64,000 nt of DNA from NCBI GenBank assembly GCA_951406725.2, contig CATOCA020000001.1:6882001-6946000 (forward strand), written 5' to 3'. Of this stretch, positions 44,030 to 57,614 are shown one piece after another (positions within the stretch are counted from its first letter, which is position 1; each line of letters begins with the position of its first letter). Made by a program: the position numbers and the translations under genes. This DNA is from Octopus vulgaris. Its lineage: Eukaryota. The notes under the pieces were generated by a model. That model did no database searches. It was not told where the DNA came from and worked only from the letters and a program-made list of their open reading frames with translations.

Positions 44030-44570
44030 AGGCGCGTGGCTTAGTGGTTAGGGTGTCAGCATCATGATCGTATGATTGTGGTTTCGATTCCTGGACGGGG
44101 CGACGCTTTGGGTTCTTGAGCAAAACACTTCATTTCACGTTGCTCCAGTCCACTCAGCTGGCAAAAATGAGTAACGTTGCGATGGACTGGCGACCCCTCC
44201 AGCTGGGGAACACATGCGCCATTGAAACCGGGAAACCGGGCCCATGAGCCTGTCTAGGCTTTAAAAGGGCGAATTTATTTTGTGGAGGCGCAATGGCTCT
44301 GTGGTTAGGGGAGCGGATCGCGGTCGGAGGATGGCGGTTTCGATTACCAGACCGTGTGTTGTGTGTGTTTATTGAGCGAAAACACCTAATGCTCCACGAG
44401 GCTCAGGCAGGGTGTGGTGGCGAACCCCTGTTCTACTCTTTCGCCCCAACTTTCTTCCTGTTTCTTTGGTAACGCTGTGATGGACTGGCGTCCCGTCCAG
44501 CTGGGGAACACATATGCCACATAAACCGGGCCCATGAGCGCTGACTAGGCTTGAAAAGGGCACATAAAAA
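44030..44570 (+). mobile_element. Two tandem tRNA-SINEs sharing a 3' module
   Basis: Heads ggcgcgtggcttagtggttag and ggcgcaatggctctgtggttag; shared gatggactggcg.ccc.tccagctggggaacacat...aaaagggc. Confidence 0.75.
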
Positions 44571-45024
44571 GATACGGACAGAGAATGGCACAGAGAGAAC
44601 GAGTGTGAGTGTGGGCAAAACAATCTCATAAACCCCACTCCCAAGGAAGAGAAACTATGAGTTACTTCTACACGTCCTCTTGGAGATTATGGGAAGTTAA
44701 TTTCATATGTGCCCCTATCCAACTCCCGCATCTGGAGCCCACTTCTCTCTTAACTTCCATACCACTGTATCTATTCTTGGCCTTTACTTTGCACGGGTTG
44801 TACCCTATAGTATTTCTGTTTTACTTCCATCAAATCAGTTATGGTCATTTTCACCATGGTAACAAGCTCCTATCTTCTTCCTTACTAATTCTTCAGATCC
44901 TTTCAACCAAAACAGCTTCATCATCAACATTTATTCTTGTTAGATAGTAACATTATCTTTAATAATATTTATATGTCTTGTATATATATATAGATATATG
45001 TGTGTGCGTGTATATATATAATAC

Positions 45025-45760
45025 TATGGCACTCCGTCGGTTAAGACGAAGAGGTTTCCAGTTGATCCAGTCAACGGAAGACTACTCGTGAAATTCTTTT
45101 CTACTCTAGGCAAAAGGTCCGAAATTTTAGGGAAGGGGGCCATCGATTAGATCTACACCAGGACGGAACTTGTACTTGATTTATCCACCCCGAAAGGATG
45201 AAAGGCAAAGTCGACCTCGGCGGAATTTGAACTCAGAAAGTAAAGACAGACGAAATACCTATTTCTTTACAACCGAAAGGGGGCTAAACAGAGAGGGGAC
45301 GAACAAGGACTGACAAACGGATTAAGTCGATTATATCGACCCCAGTGCGTAACTGTTCCTTATTTAATCGACCCCGAAACGATGAAAGGCAAAGTCAACC
45401 TCGGAGGAATTTGAACTCAGAACATAGCGGCAGACGAAATACTGCTAAGCATTTCGCGCGGCGTGCTAAAGTTTCTGACAGTTCGCCGCCTTAGACTCTT
45501 CGTGAAATTAATATGCAAGTAGCTGAGTACTCCACAGACACATGTACCCTTAACGTAGTTCTCGGTGAGATTCAGCGTGACACATAGTGTGACACGGCAG
45601 CCCCCTTTAAAATAAAGGTACAACAGAAACAGGAAGACAGCGTGAGAGAAAGTTGTGGTGAAATAATACAGCAGGGTTCGCCACCAGCCCATGCTGGAGC
45701 CTCGAAGAGCTTTAGGTGTTTTAGTTTAATGAACACTTGCGACGAGTTGGACTCCAATTC
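45025..45760 (-). mobile_element. SINE C interrupted by chimeric SINE B (45096-45492) with a 17-bp target-site duplication
   Basis: agactactcgtgaaatt (45079-45095) / agactcttcgtgaaatt (45493-45509). Confidence 0.8.
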
Positions 45761-46908
45761 ACATTTTTTGGCAAGAATGACTCACCCTGCGATGGACTGT
45801 TGTCCCGTCCATATGCGGAATATATATGCCAAGGTAGACTGTTCCCATGCGTCTAGCTGCCAACAGAAGTAACTTTATTTACTATTTATATATGTATATA
45901 TATGTGGTTGGCGTTAGGAAGTGTGTGTGTGTGTATGAATATATTTGGGAGATGGAAACTGAAAGAAGCCCGTCGTATATAAATATATATATACATATAT
46001 GTGTGTGTGAGTGTGTGTGCCTTTTTGTCCCTCCAACATCGCTTGACAACCGATGCTGGGGTGTTTACATCCCCGCCAATTAGCGGCTTGTCAAGAACCG
46101 CTGGACTTAAAAAGAATAAGTCTTGGGGTCGATTTGCTCGACTAGAGGCGGTGCTCCAGCATGGCCATAGTCAAATGACTGAAACAAGTAAAATAAAAGA
46201 ACATATATAAAAATAAATATATATATATAAATATATATATATATACCCTTCAGCCCTTCAAGCAGGGTATCCATACGCTAGAAATAGCAGCCAAAGCTAA
46301 CAAAACTACGATAACATAACGTACTTAGCGGTTCAGCAAATAGAGACCGATAGAATAAGCAATAGGCTTACAAAAAATAAGTCCTGGTGTCGATTTGCTC
46401 GACTAATGGCAGCGCTTCAGCGTGGCCACAGGTAAATGACTGAAACAAATCTGTTGCCCGAGGTGCCACCCGAAAACATGTCGAAACAATCGAAGGAGAC
46501 TTTGGTATCGCTAAGCCTAACGGAAAGAGCAGTTGACAAATATGCCAGGAAAAGATCGTTTGGAATTCGTATTAAAGATTTAGGACGAGAAATAGGGAAA
46601 GGGTTAGAATATAAGTTGTAGCTATGGGTATTCTCACATTTACAGGTTCCATAATCAACTGCATTTGAAACTTATTTTAATAAAGTTTAGGGGAACAGGA
46701 CAAACGAAGGGACATTTGATATGGCTAAACCTAAAGAAACAGCAGTTGACAAATGTATCAGAAAAAATTCTTTTATTAGGGATTTAGAACGAGAGAAGGG
46801 TTTAAAAGAGAGGCCAAGCGTTTGAGTTTTTAGGTTAGGGTTTAAGTTGTAGGTATTGGTTATGTTTAAGGGTCACGGTATACAGGTTATGTTTAGAAAT
46901 ACGTGGGG

Positions 46909-46952
<44 letters not shown>

Positions 46953-47875
46953 TGTGAACATATGAGAAAAAAATAAGGTTTTTTAAAAATAAAAAATAAA
47001 GTATTTTTGTAATATCCAATGAGTAACATGTAGAATTGTGAAACGAATTGTGTGAATAAGAAGATACAGCTTTTCTTCCACCCCCACCCACATATATATA
47101 TATACACACATATATGTATATATGTATGTATGTATGTATGTATATGTATGTATGTGTATGTATATAGGTATGTATGTATACTCTTTTACTTGACCGCGGC
47201 CATGATGGAGCGGTGTCTTTTGGTGAAACAAATCGACACAGAATTTATTCTTTACTAGTGCAGTATTTATTCTATCGGTTCCTTTTGTCGAACCGCTAAT
47301 TTACGGGGACGCAAACACACCAACATCGGTTGCCAAGCGATGACGAGAGGACAAACACAGACACACAAACAAGGCTTTGGTCAGCCCAAGGCTATAGTAG
47401 AAGAGTTTTGGCCAAATTGAACCCCGAACCATATATATATATATATATATATATATACGCATACACGCACATAGATGGATAGGATAGATAGATACATATT
47501 GATATGGTAAACTCAAGTTTGATGGCCATTATTTCCTGGAATGCAAACATGTTCTCAGCAAGGTGGGAATTAATAATAACAGCTCATATGAAGTAATTAA
47601 ATGGAACAATTAGAGAGTTTACGATGAGTTTACTTTGTTTACGATGTATATTATTTCCTCAAGTGGGCGACTGACATGCATTTAACAATGACCAAATTTC
47701 TGAGACTCAATCTCTCATACTCTCACTCTTACTCACTTTTATTCTCTAACACACACGCTCCCTGTCTGTCTGTCTGTCTCACGTATGTAAACATATACAT
47801 ATATGCATATATTTATACATACATACATGTATGCATATACTTATACATTCTACACATCCTACACATGCATACCCA

Positions 47876-47921
<46 letters not shown>

Positions 47922-47964
47922 GTTTGTGTGAGTGTGTGTGTGTGTGTATGTATGTATAAAGGCT

Positions 47965-48285
47965 AAAAAACCCCCTTCGGTCATGAATGAGCATGAGATT
48001 GCACCTAGAAAGTTCCCCATCGGAGGCATAAATCCGAGTAAAGCTGTTTATGGAAGATCAGAAGCCGCCCATGCATACTGGCCCCTCCCGTCCACGCAAC
48101 CGATTTTATCCAAGGGAAAGGCAAAGAGGTCCGATACAGCTTGGCAGCAGTGAGGGGTCACAGCTCATTTCTATCGATTAGTGAACTGGAGTAACGTGAG
48201 ATAAAGTGTCTTGCCCAAGAACACAACACACAGCTGGGACCAGGATTCGAACTCACAACCTCATCATTGTGATTCCAATGCTCTC
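47965..48285 (-). mobile_element. tRNA-derived SINE with CORE-like segment
   Basis: Minus strand: gagttcgaatcctgg (B box), gttcttgggcaagacactt. Confidence 0.65.
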
Positions 48286-48463
48286 ACACACACACACACA
48301 CATACATACATAAGCACACACAAGAGTCAGCTGAAAAGTTCATTAGCTGATCAAAAATTTACTTGTGAGATTTTTGCTACCCTGGTAATTATTTATTTAA
48401 GTTTTCCGTGTTAATTGTTAACAAGGTAATAATACACTCATCTATCGATAATACATATATATG

Positions 48464-48547
<84 letters not shown>

Positions 48548-48556
48548 GTGTATGTG

Positions 48557-48606
<50 letters not shown>

Positions 48607-48608
48607 TA

Positions 48609-48790
48609 TGCCAGGGAAAGTACCACTGATGCTATATTCCTGGTAAGGCATCAGCAGGAGAAACACCTACCAAAGATAAGCCCCTGTACCTGGCTTTTGT
48701 TGACATGGAGAAAGCTTTCGACAGGGTCCCCCGATCCCTTATCTGGTGGTCAATGAGGACACTAAGGATAGATGACTAGTTAGTCGGGAC
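48609..48790 (+). mobile_element. Short internal RTE RT fragment
   Basis: gatgctatattcctggtaaggc...gacagggtcccccgatcccttatctggtgg matches 36022-36170. Confidence 0.85.
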
Positions 48791-49705
48791 TTGTCAATCC
48801 TTACTTTGTGTTTTTGTGTTTCATTTACTTTGCTAGGTAGTCGTTGTAGGATCGACTTGTCACGACTAGCTAGCGCGGATGCGCGAGTAAACGAGTGCCC
48901 GCCCCGGGACCACTCTTCTTAATTAAATGGTATCCAGATACCACAGCGGAGAAATCCACCCTTGTTAAAACATATACACAAAACCCTACCATATCAGGCT
49001 AATTGAACAGAGACCCTACTCTGTGTTACCTCCATCTCTGTCCCCAACAAAGCGGCCACGCCCTTGTAAGTTTCATAACGTACAAAGAAAACATTAATTT
49101 CCTGATCTCATAATTTGGATCGCGCACATCTACGATAATTAATATCGTATTATTAATTTATAGACACACAGACAGAGTTTAAGATGAAAGGATGTTCATT
49201 CAAGCGTTAAATGGTCCCAAATGAAATTAAATGCCTTACCTCAGTTTAGTTTTAAACGGTAGCAACGTATCCGGGGTTCCAATTAATTTCAAATTTTCTT
49301 TTGCCGGATTTAATTTCGATAGCAAGAAAGCGGAGATAACTCTCGAAATATAGGTGGGGTTGGGGTATGTGTTAAATAGCTTACGTACCAAGCACATGGT
49401 TACGTGTTCAGTCCCACTGCGTGGCACCTTGGGCGAGTGACTTCTACTATAGCCTCGGCCGACCAAAGCCTTGTGGGTGGATGAGGTAGACGGAAAAACT
49501 GAAGGAAGAACCGTCGTAAATATGTACATGTTTGGCCAGAGAAAACACTTGCCCAAGCTGCCACACAGTGGGACTGATCTCGGAACCAGGTGGTTGGTAA
49601 GTAAGCTACTTACAACTCAGCCACTCCAACGCCTAGAGTCTCAAAGATTGAAAATTATTTTAGTATTCTCTATCTTATCTTTTCCATACACGCCCCCATA
49701 CATAC

Positions 49706-49768
<63 letters not shown>

Positions 49769-50159
49769 GTATCACCTTTTAGCTGATGGCAGAGATTTAT
49801 TGTACAGATTAAATTAAAGTATATGAAGAGGACAGGGTTTATATTTTCTATTTCAGGAAAAATTGATTCACAAATTTTGAACTTCCTTGAAATATAAAAA
49901 TCCAAAACATTTTCTTTCTTTCAAATTTATCAACTATTTTTGAGATTCTTTAAAAACATATAAACATTCTCTTCTTGTAAACATACTTGAAATCCTGGAC
50001 ACAATTTTTATTGTTTATAAAATGATTTGAGAAAACCAGTATATATGTTCGTGTTCATGTATGTATGTATGTATGTATGTATGAATGTATGAATGTATGT
50101 TTGTATGTATGTATGTATGTATGTATGTATGTATGTTCGTATGTATGAATGTTTGTATG

Positions 50160-51690
50160 TTTCGATATGCTGTATGTCTTTGAGAAGATAAGGAGAAGAG
50201 GCTTGAATCCCGTACTCCAATATGGGTCTCACCAGCATGACATAGAGCGGTAGGAATATGGCTGCTGTGAGCATTCCGAATGACCATCGAATCAAGAACA
50301 GAACTCCGCGTGCTTTGTTGGTAGCATGGACGCACTGGGCCGAAGGCAAAAAGGAGGGATCCACCAAGATACCCAGGTCCTTTACCTGATCGGTCCTCTC
50401 CAGCAGCAGACGACCCGGTTCGAAATCAAGTTGAGTTGCAGGAGGAGAGCCAACAGGCAGATGACAGCACTTTGACACGTTCAGACACAGGTCCCATTCG
50501 TTAGACCATCTCCAAATTTGGTGGAGGCATCGACGAAGATCCTCTATATCACCGCGAGGAGCGACCAGTTTGACATCGTCGGCAAATAGAAGGGCAAATC
50601 ATTTATGAAGACTAAGAACAATAACGGCCCAAGCACTGAACCTTGAGGCACGCCACTGCTTGCACTGGAGACGTCGGACCGCGAACCATTAACTTGGACT
50701 TGGAAGGAGCGATCTGAGAGGAAGGCACCAACCCATCGTACAATATCCGGATGGAAACTATATGCTTGAAGCTTGACAAGTAATAGGCGGTGGTTTACCG
50801 AGTCAAAAGCTTTGGCAAAGTCCAATAAAACGATGTCAACAGCATCACTATCATCGAGGATGCGCGTCACCAATTCTTCCATTACCAGTAAGCTGGTCAA
50901 GCATGATCTTTTCGGCACGAAGCCGTGTTGGGAATCAGTGATCGAGGCTGTGTTTAGGAGGTGGAGCATCATACTTTTCTTAAGGATGGTTTCGAACATC
51001 TTGCTGATTATTGATGTAAGAGAAACCGGTCTGTAGTTAAGCGGGTCTTCGCGGCTCCCTTTTTGAAAATTGGGCAGATTATCGCTGTTCTCCAGTCCGC
51101 AGGTATAACACCCGTCGCCAATGACATATTGAATAGACGTGTTAAGGGCTCGCAGATGACCAGAGCCAACGCTTTGATAACCCTGTGGTGTATGCTGTCA
51201 GTGCCGTGACCCTTGTTGACATCGAGGGCTTGAATAACGCGTTCGACTTTGTCCCGCGTGATGACCAATCAAAGCATTGGAGGTACTGATCTATCAAATG
51301 GAGGGGGTTCAAAACCATCATCTTGTTTGAAAATAGTTGAAAAAGCCTCGGCAAATAATTGACTCTGTTGATAAGGGTCCTCAATCGATACGCCTGTTGA
51401 GTCTACCAACGTTGCAATTTGGTTGCTCAAGCGGGAATTCCGTTGGACATGGGCAAATAAGGTTTTTGGATTGCTACTGGCGTTTGCCGCGATTCCGCAT
51501 TCATATCTGAAGCGTTCTTCCTTTTCAATTTTCACGGCTCGGTCACGTTGAGTTTGTACACCTTAAAAGCTGCAGTCGAATCCAGATTTTTTAATTCAGC
51601 CCAAGCAATATCTCTGAGTTGAAGTTCTCGTTTAACCTTCTTCGTCAGCCAGGGCTTGTGTTTCTTCTTCTTGGGAAGTCCAACGGGAAC
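50160..51690 (-). pseudogene. CR1-clade LINE reverse-transcriptase region with frameshifts
   Basis: WRTAIICPIFKKG, SQHGFVPKRSCLTSLL, LDFAKAFDSVNH, SGVPQGSVLGPLLFLVFINDL, KDLGILVD, LVRPILEYG. Confidence 0.92.
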
Positions 51691-52760
51691 TAAATATATA
51701 TGTAGCTGGAGGAAATCGATTAGTAAACAATATTATTTTATGTCGGAGTTAGCAGTTGTAACGATAAAAATTATATATAATTGCATACTGTAGGATGTGA
51801 AAGATGAACAATGCATGAAATTTGAAGGAAATATTTAGTTACCATTACGAATTGTAACGTAACGGTAAATAAATATTCAGATATTGCTTGGGCTGAATTC
51901 AAAAATCTGGATTCGACTGCAGCTTTTGAGGTGTACAAAACTCAATGTGACCGAGCCGTGAAAATTGAAAAGGAAGAACGCTTCAGATATGAATACAGAA
52001 TCGCGGCAAACTTTATATCGCATGCTTTTTGATCTATTATAACCTGTTCGACGAAGCATGCAATATAAAGTTTGTGCTTGTGTCCTTTTCATTGTTTAGT
52101 AGTAATTACCGAGAGAGATAGAATGATGTCGTAAGAAAACAGAATTAGAGCTAGTGGGAGTTGTAGCGTGTTGCCTCACAGTTGCTGACAGTAAAATTCA
52201 TTTCTCGCTCTGACCAAGGTTCTAGGTGGTCAGCCAGACTTCGTTGTCACCAAAGTGACTAACTGATTGAGTCGTCACCATATGACTGGACAAGTTGCGT
52301 CGTCACCGACTGATTTTTGCTTGGGGTATCCTTGCGTTTATCCAGAAGGATAGATGTATCATTGAGAACAATAGATTTAGTTGGTCCTCTTGTTATCCAT
52401 ATTCTAGCTTTTGGTGATGTAGAATAGGTTAGAAAGGGTCAAGTGATGAAGACATTATTTCGGACTAGCTAAAGGCATCTGGAAAATGTAAAACTGCTGT
52501 CACAGAAAAACCATTGTTCTACTATGTGGAAAGATCTGTTGCACCGTTAGTTTAAATTTAGTTATGGTGGATCGAATCCACTTCATGCATGCAAGATCCC
52601 CTATTCAGACATGTGTTTGTTTGTTAGAAATGTTGAGCTGATGAACAATAAAATACGGTTTTTTTCCACAAGTTGAGTCGGGCAGACATATTTAAAGAAA
52701 CGCATGAATAAATCTTTGCAGTTCACTGTTATTTTTTATTCTTAAATTCTTGTGTACAAG

Positions 52761-53820
52761 TACCGTAATTGCCAGTGTATAAGCCTCACTCACGATTTTC
52801 AGTCCCCGACTGGAGAAAACGTGGGGAAACCGGGAGATAACTGGGACTTATGAAAATAGAGAAATGCGAGATGAATAGAAACTTCAATTTCATGATGATT
52901 TCATACTTAACAAACATTTCCGACTGCAATCATTGATACTCATAATTATTAATGGAAGAAGATAAAGTCCAGGTTTTAAATGTAAGAGATAATAAGAGAA
53001 CGTCTTTTTATTATGTGTATTTATTATGATTTATTCATATTGCGATCTTTATATTCTTTCTTGAAAATGGGTGGTCCTGAAAAGGACCGACCCTAATGGG
53101 TAGAGACTTCACTCAAAGTCTAAGAACTCTTCGTCGTCAGACCTCGTGGGGTTGATCGTCTGCCAGTTCATCCTCGTCATCGCTGGAGTCAGAAGAGTCG
53201 GTAGAGAGAGCTTCGCCTTCCCATAACATGTCATCTTCTTCCCGTCGAGCGCATTGGAGATGCAGCACTTCAGGAAAGCCCATTTTTCTGGAATCTCCTC
53301 CACTAGCAGATCGTCTGGAATTTCCTCCACTAGCAGGATCCATTTGCAGATCGTCCCCAAGTCTTTCTTCGTACGCCCGGTCGTTGGCCATCCAATCCTC
53401 CCAGCGGTGTTTCAGACGGTCCTTATACGGTTCGCTGATTGCAACATCAAGGGGTTGAAGAAAGGATGTCATTCCCCGGTAATCATTGTCACGTCGATGT
53501 TCAGACGACGTATCTTCACCTTGGTTTCTTCTGACTTGTGGCATCTGAATGCATCCAGGACCAGGAGACTCCTTCTCTGATGCAGTCCACTGATGCGCCG
53601 AACCCACACTACAAGAAACCAGTCCTCGATGAGTGCCTCGCCTATCCAAGCTTTCGCGTAGGCTTCAACAATGATCCCCTTCCTGAAACTTGGCGTCTTT
53701 GGATAGTATCTTCCTCTTAAAAATGACCTACGGTAGCAGCTTTCCCCTATCAGCCGTGCAAGCCAGGATCATCGTAAAACCGACTTTCTAGTGGCCCTTC
53801 GTGACGATTTCTATTGTCAG
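52761..53820 (-). pseudogene. Pogo/Tigger-type (DDE_1) transposase remnant with one terminal inverted repeat
   Basis: MTSFLQPLDVAISEPYKDRL..RWEDWM and FT.ILACTAD..KL.P.VIFKRK; TA + ccgtaattgccagtgtataagcc.cac terminus at 52761. Confidence 0.8.
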
Positions 53821-54542
53821 AAATAGTTCTTTCTCAGAAATACTTCTTTCTACTACGGCTGCCAGCTGGCAGAAACGTTAGGACACCAGGCAAAAGTGCT
53901 TAGCGGCATTTCGTCCGTCTCAAAGTTCTGCCTTCAAATACCGCCAGGGTCAACGTTGCTCTTCATCCTTTCGAGGATGATACATTAAGTACCAGTCAAG
54001 TTGTGGCGTCGAAGTAATCGAAGGACCCATGCCCCCAAAATTTCAGGTCTTGTGCCTATTGTTATTGCTTTCAAGATTTGGCACTAGTCAAGAAATTTGG
54101 GGCAGTGGTTAATTCTACTACATCGATCTCATTATTGAACTGGTACTTAATTTGGTGACACCCAAAACAATGAAAGGCATATTCAACCTCGGCGGAATTT
54201 CAAGACAGAACTCTGAAACGGACAAAATGTCGCTAAGCATTTTTCTAGGCGTCCAAACAATTTCGTCAGCTCGACGGTTGAAGGCAAACAAGATCGGAAA
54301 TCGAGTTTCTAATTGGCTAAAATATCTGAAATTTAATTGCTTGAAATTCTTAGAAAATGTAAACTAGATTTTCATCTTGAGCATGCAAAACTGCACGAGT
54401 ATTTCAGATTCTGATTGGCCGTTTTACTTTTGAAAAGGGATTTAGACAAAAAAAATGAAAAGAGATTGGTTGAGAAACATGCAACTTTGTTGCCATGGAA
54501 ATAGATAGAATGACGCTATTAAAACTTCTGTATATATGTATG

Positions 54543-54576
<34 letters not shown>

Positions 54577-54577
54577 T

Positions 54578-54623
54578 GTTGTCAAGCAATGCTAGGGTGA
54601 CAAACACAGACACACAAACATAT

Positions 54624-54660
<37 letters not shown>

Positions 54661-54935
54661 TATACGACAGGCTTCTTTCAGCTTCCGTCTACCAAATCCA
54701 CTCACAAGGCTTTGGTCGACCCGGGGCTATAGCAGAAGACACTTGCCCAAGATGCCACGCAGTGGGACTGAACCCGGAACCATGTGGTTGTTAAGCAAAC
54801 TACTTACCACACAGCCACTCCTGCGCCTGTATGTATGTATGTGTGCATGTATGTATGTGTGTATGTGTGTACGTATGTGTGTATGTGTGTATGTATGTAT
54901 GTGTTTGTGTGTATGTATGTATGTATGTAATTATG

Positions 54936-54966
<31 letters not shown>

Positions 54967-55947
54967 GCATGTATGTGTGTATGTATATATGTATATATGT
55001 ATGTATGTATGTATGTGTGTATGTATGTATGTATGTATCTATGTATGTATGTGTGTATGTATGTATGTATGTGTGTTTGTATGTATATATGTATGTCTGT
55101 GTGTATGTATGTATGTATGTGTGTATGTACGTATGTATGTATGTATGTGTGTATATCTGTATGTATGTATGTATGTGTGTATGTATGCATGTGTGTAGGT
55201 ATGTATGTACGTATGTGTGTATGTGTGTATGTATGTAATGTATGTGTGTATGTACGTATGTATGTATGTATGTAAGCATGTATGTGTGTGTGTATGTATG
55301 TATGTATGTGTGTCTGTATGTATGTATGTGTGTGTATGTATGTATGTATGTGTGTATGTATGTATGTATGTATGTATGTGTGTATATCTGTATGTATGTA
55401 TGTATGTGTGTATGTATGCATGTGTGTAGGTATGTATGTACGTATGTGTGTATGTGTGTATGTATGTAATGTATGTGTGTATGTACGTATGTATGTATGT
55501 ATGTAAGCATGTATGTGTGTTTGTATGTATGTATGTATGTGTGTGTGTATGTATGTATGTGTGTCTGTATGTATGTATGTATGTATGTGTGTATATCTGT
55601 ATGTATGTATGTATCTGTGTATGTATGCATGTGTGTGTAGGTATGTATGTACGTATGTGTGTATGTGTGAAAGCATGTATGTGTGCATGCATGTATGTAT
55701 ATCTGTATGTATGTATATCTGTATGCATGTAAGTATATCTGTATGTATGAATGTACGTATGTGTGTAGGTGTGTATGTACGTATGTATGAATGTATGTAT
55801 GTATGTATGTATATCTATATGAATGTATGTATGAATGTATGTCTGTATATCTTTTTGTGTGTATGTATGTGTCTAAGTATGTACGTATGTATGTATATAT
55901 ATCTGTATGTATGTATGTATGTATCTCTATATGTATGTATGTATATC

Positions 55948-55979
<32 letters not shown>

Positions 55980-56054
55980 TGTATGTATGTATGTATGTAT
56001 GTATGTGGGTATGTATGTATGTACATCTGTATGTATGAATGTATTTTGTATATC

Positions 56055-56086
<32 letters not shown>

Positions 56087-56635
56087 TGTATGTATATCTA
56101 TATGTATGTATATATTTCTGTATGTATGTCTATCTATATGTATGTATGTATTTATACTCTTACTCTTTACTCATTTAATTGTTTCAGTCATTTGACTGCG
56201 GCCATGCTAGAGCACCACCTTTAGTCGAGCAAATAGACCCAGTGAGTTATTCTTTGTAAGCCCAGTACTTATTCTATCGGTATCTGTTGCCGAACCGCTA
56301 AGTGAGGGGTACGTAAACACACCAGCATCGGTTGTCAAGCAATGCTAGGGTGACAAACACAGACACACAAACATATACACACATACATACATATATATAT
56401 ATATAATATACATATATACGACAGGCTTCTTTCAGTTTCCGTCTACCAAATCCACTCACAAGGTTTTGGTCGGCCCGGGGCTATAGCAGAAGACACTTGC
56501 CCAAGATGCCACGCAGTGGGACTGAACCCGGGACCATGTGGTTGTTAAGCAAACTACTTACCACACAGCCACTCCTGCGCCTGTATGTATGTATGTGTGT
56601 ATGTATGTATGTATGTGTTTATGTATGTATGTATG

Positions 56636-56667
<32 letters not shown>

Positions 56668-57560
56668 GCCAGCTGGGAATGAAGTAGGGATATGTAAATA
56701 TCTGATATTTACTTGCTTGAAATTCTTAGAAAATATAAACTAGATTTTCATCATTAGCATTTCAGGTTCTGATTGGCCATTTTACTTTAGAAACAGGATG
56801 TTACCATGGAAATAGACTGAATGACGCAATTGAAACTTGCTGAATTTTATCTAAACTGGGTAACACCCACACATACCTACACATACACACTATAGCACAC
56901 ACATATATATAAGTATATATATATATATATATACATATATGCGCATGTCTTCCTGTAATATATATACATAAAGAAATTATTATTATCATCATCATCAATA
57001 TAATTATTATATTACAATTATATTACATATAAGATAGTGAAGGCGTGGCTGTGTGATAAGTAGCTTGCTAACCAACCACATGGTTCCGGGTTCAGTCCCA
57101 CTGCGTGGCATCTTGGGCAAGTGTCTTCTGCTATAGCCCCGGGCCGACCAAAACCTGTGAGTGGATTTGGTAGACGGAAACTGAAAGACGCCCGTTGTAT
57201 ATATGTTTATATATGTGCATAGGTGCAGGAGTGGCTGTGTGGTAAGTAGCTTGCTAACCAACCACATGGTTCCGGGTTCAGTCCCACTGCGTGGCATCTT
57301 GGGCAAATGTCTTCTGCTATAGCCCCGGGCCGACCAATGCCTTGTGAGTGGATTTGGTAGACGGAAACTGAAAGAAGCCTGTCGTATATATGTATATAGG
57401 TGCAGGAGTTGCTGTGTGTTAAGTAGCATGCTAACCAACCACATGGTTCCTGGTTCAGTCCCACTGCGTGGCATCTTGGGCAAGTGTCTTCTGCTATAGC
57501 CTCGGGCTGACCAAAGCCTTGTGAGTGGATTTGGTAGACGGAAACTGAAAGAAGTCTGTC

Positions 57561-57614
<54 letters not shown>

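Noticed and set aside
46830-46875. Telomere-like ttaggg motif
   Set aside because: Single degenerate occurrence, not an array.
52154-52167. GGGAGTTGTAG resembling the vertebrate ZNF143/THAP11 promoter motif
   Set aside because: A single short match between TE remnants with no other promoter evidence.
54800-56195. His/Thr/Tyr- and Met/Cys/Val-rich ORFs
   Set aside because: Translations of the (TATG)n array.
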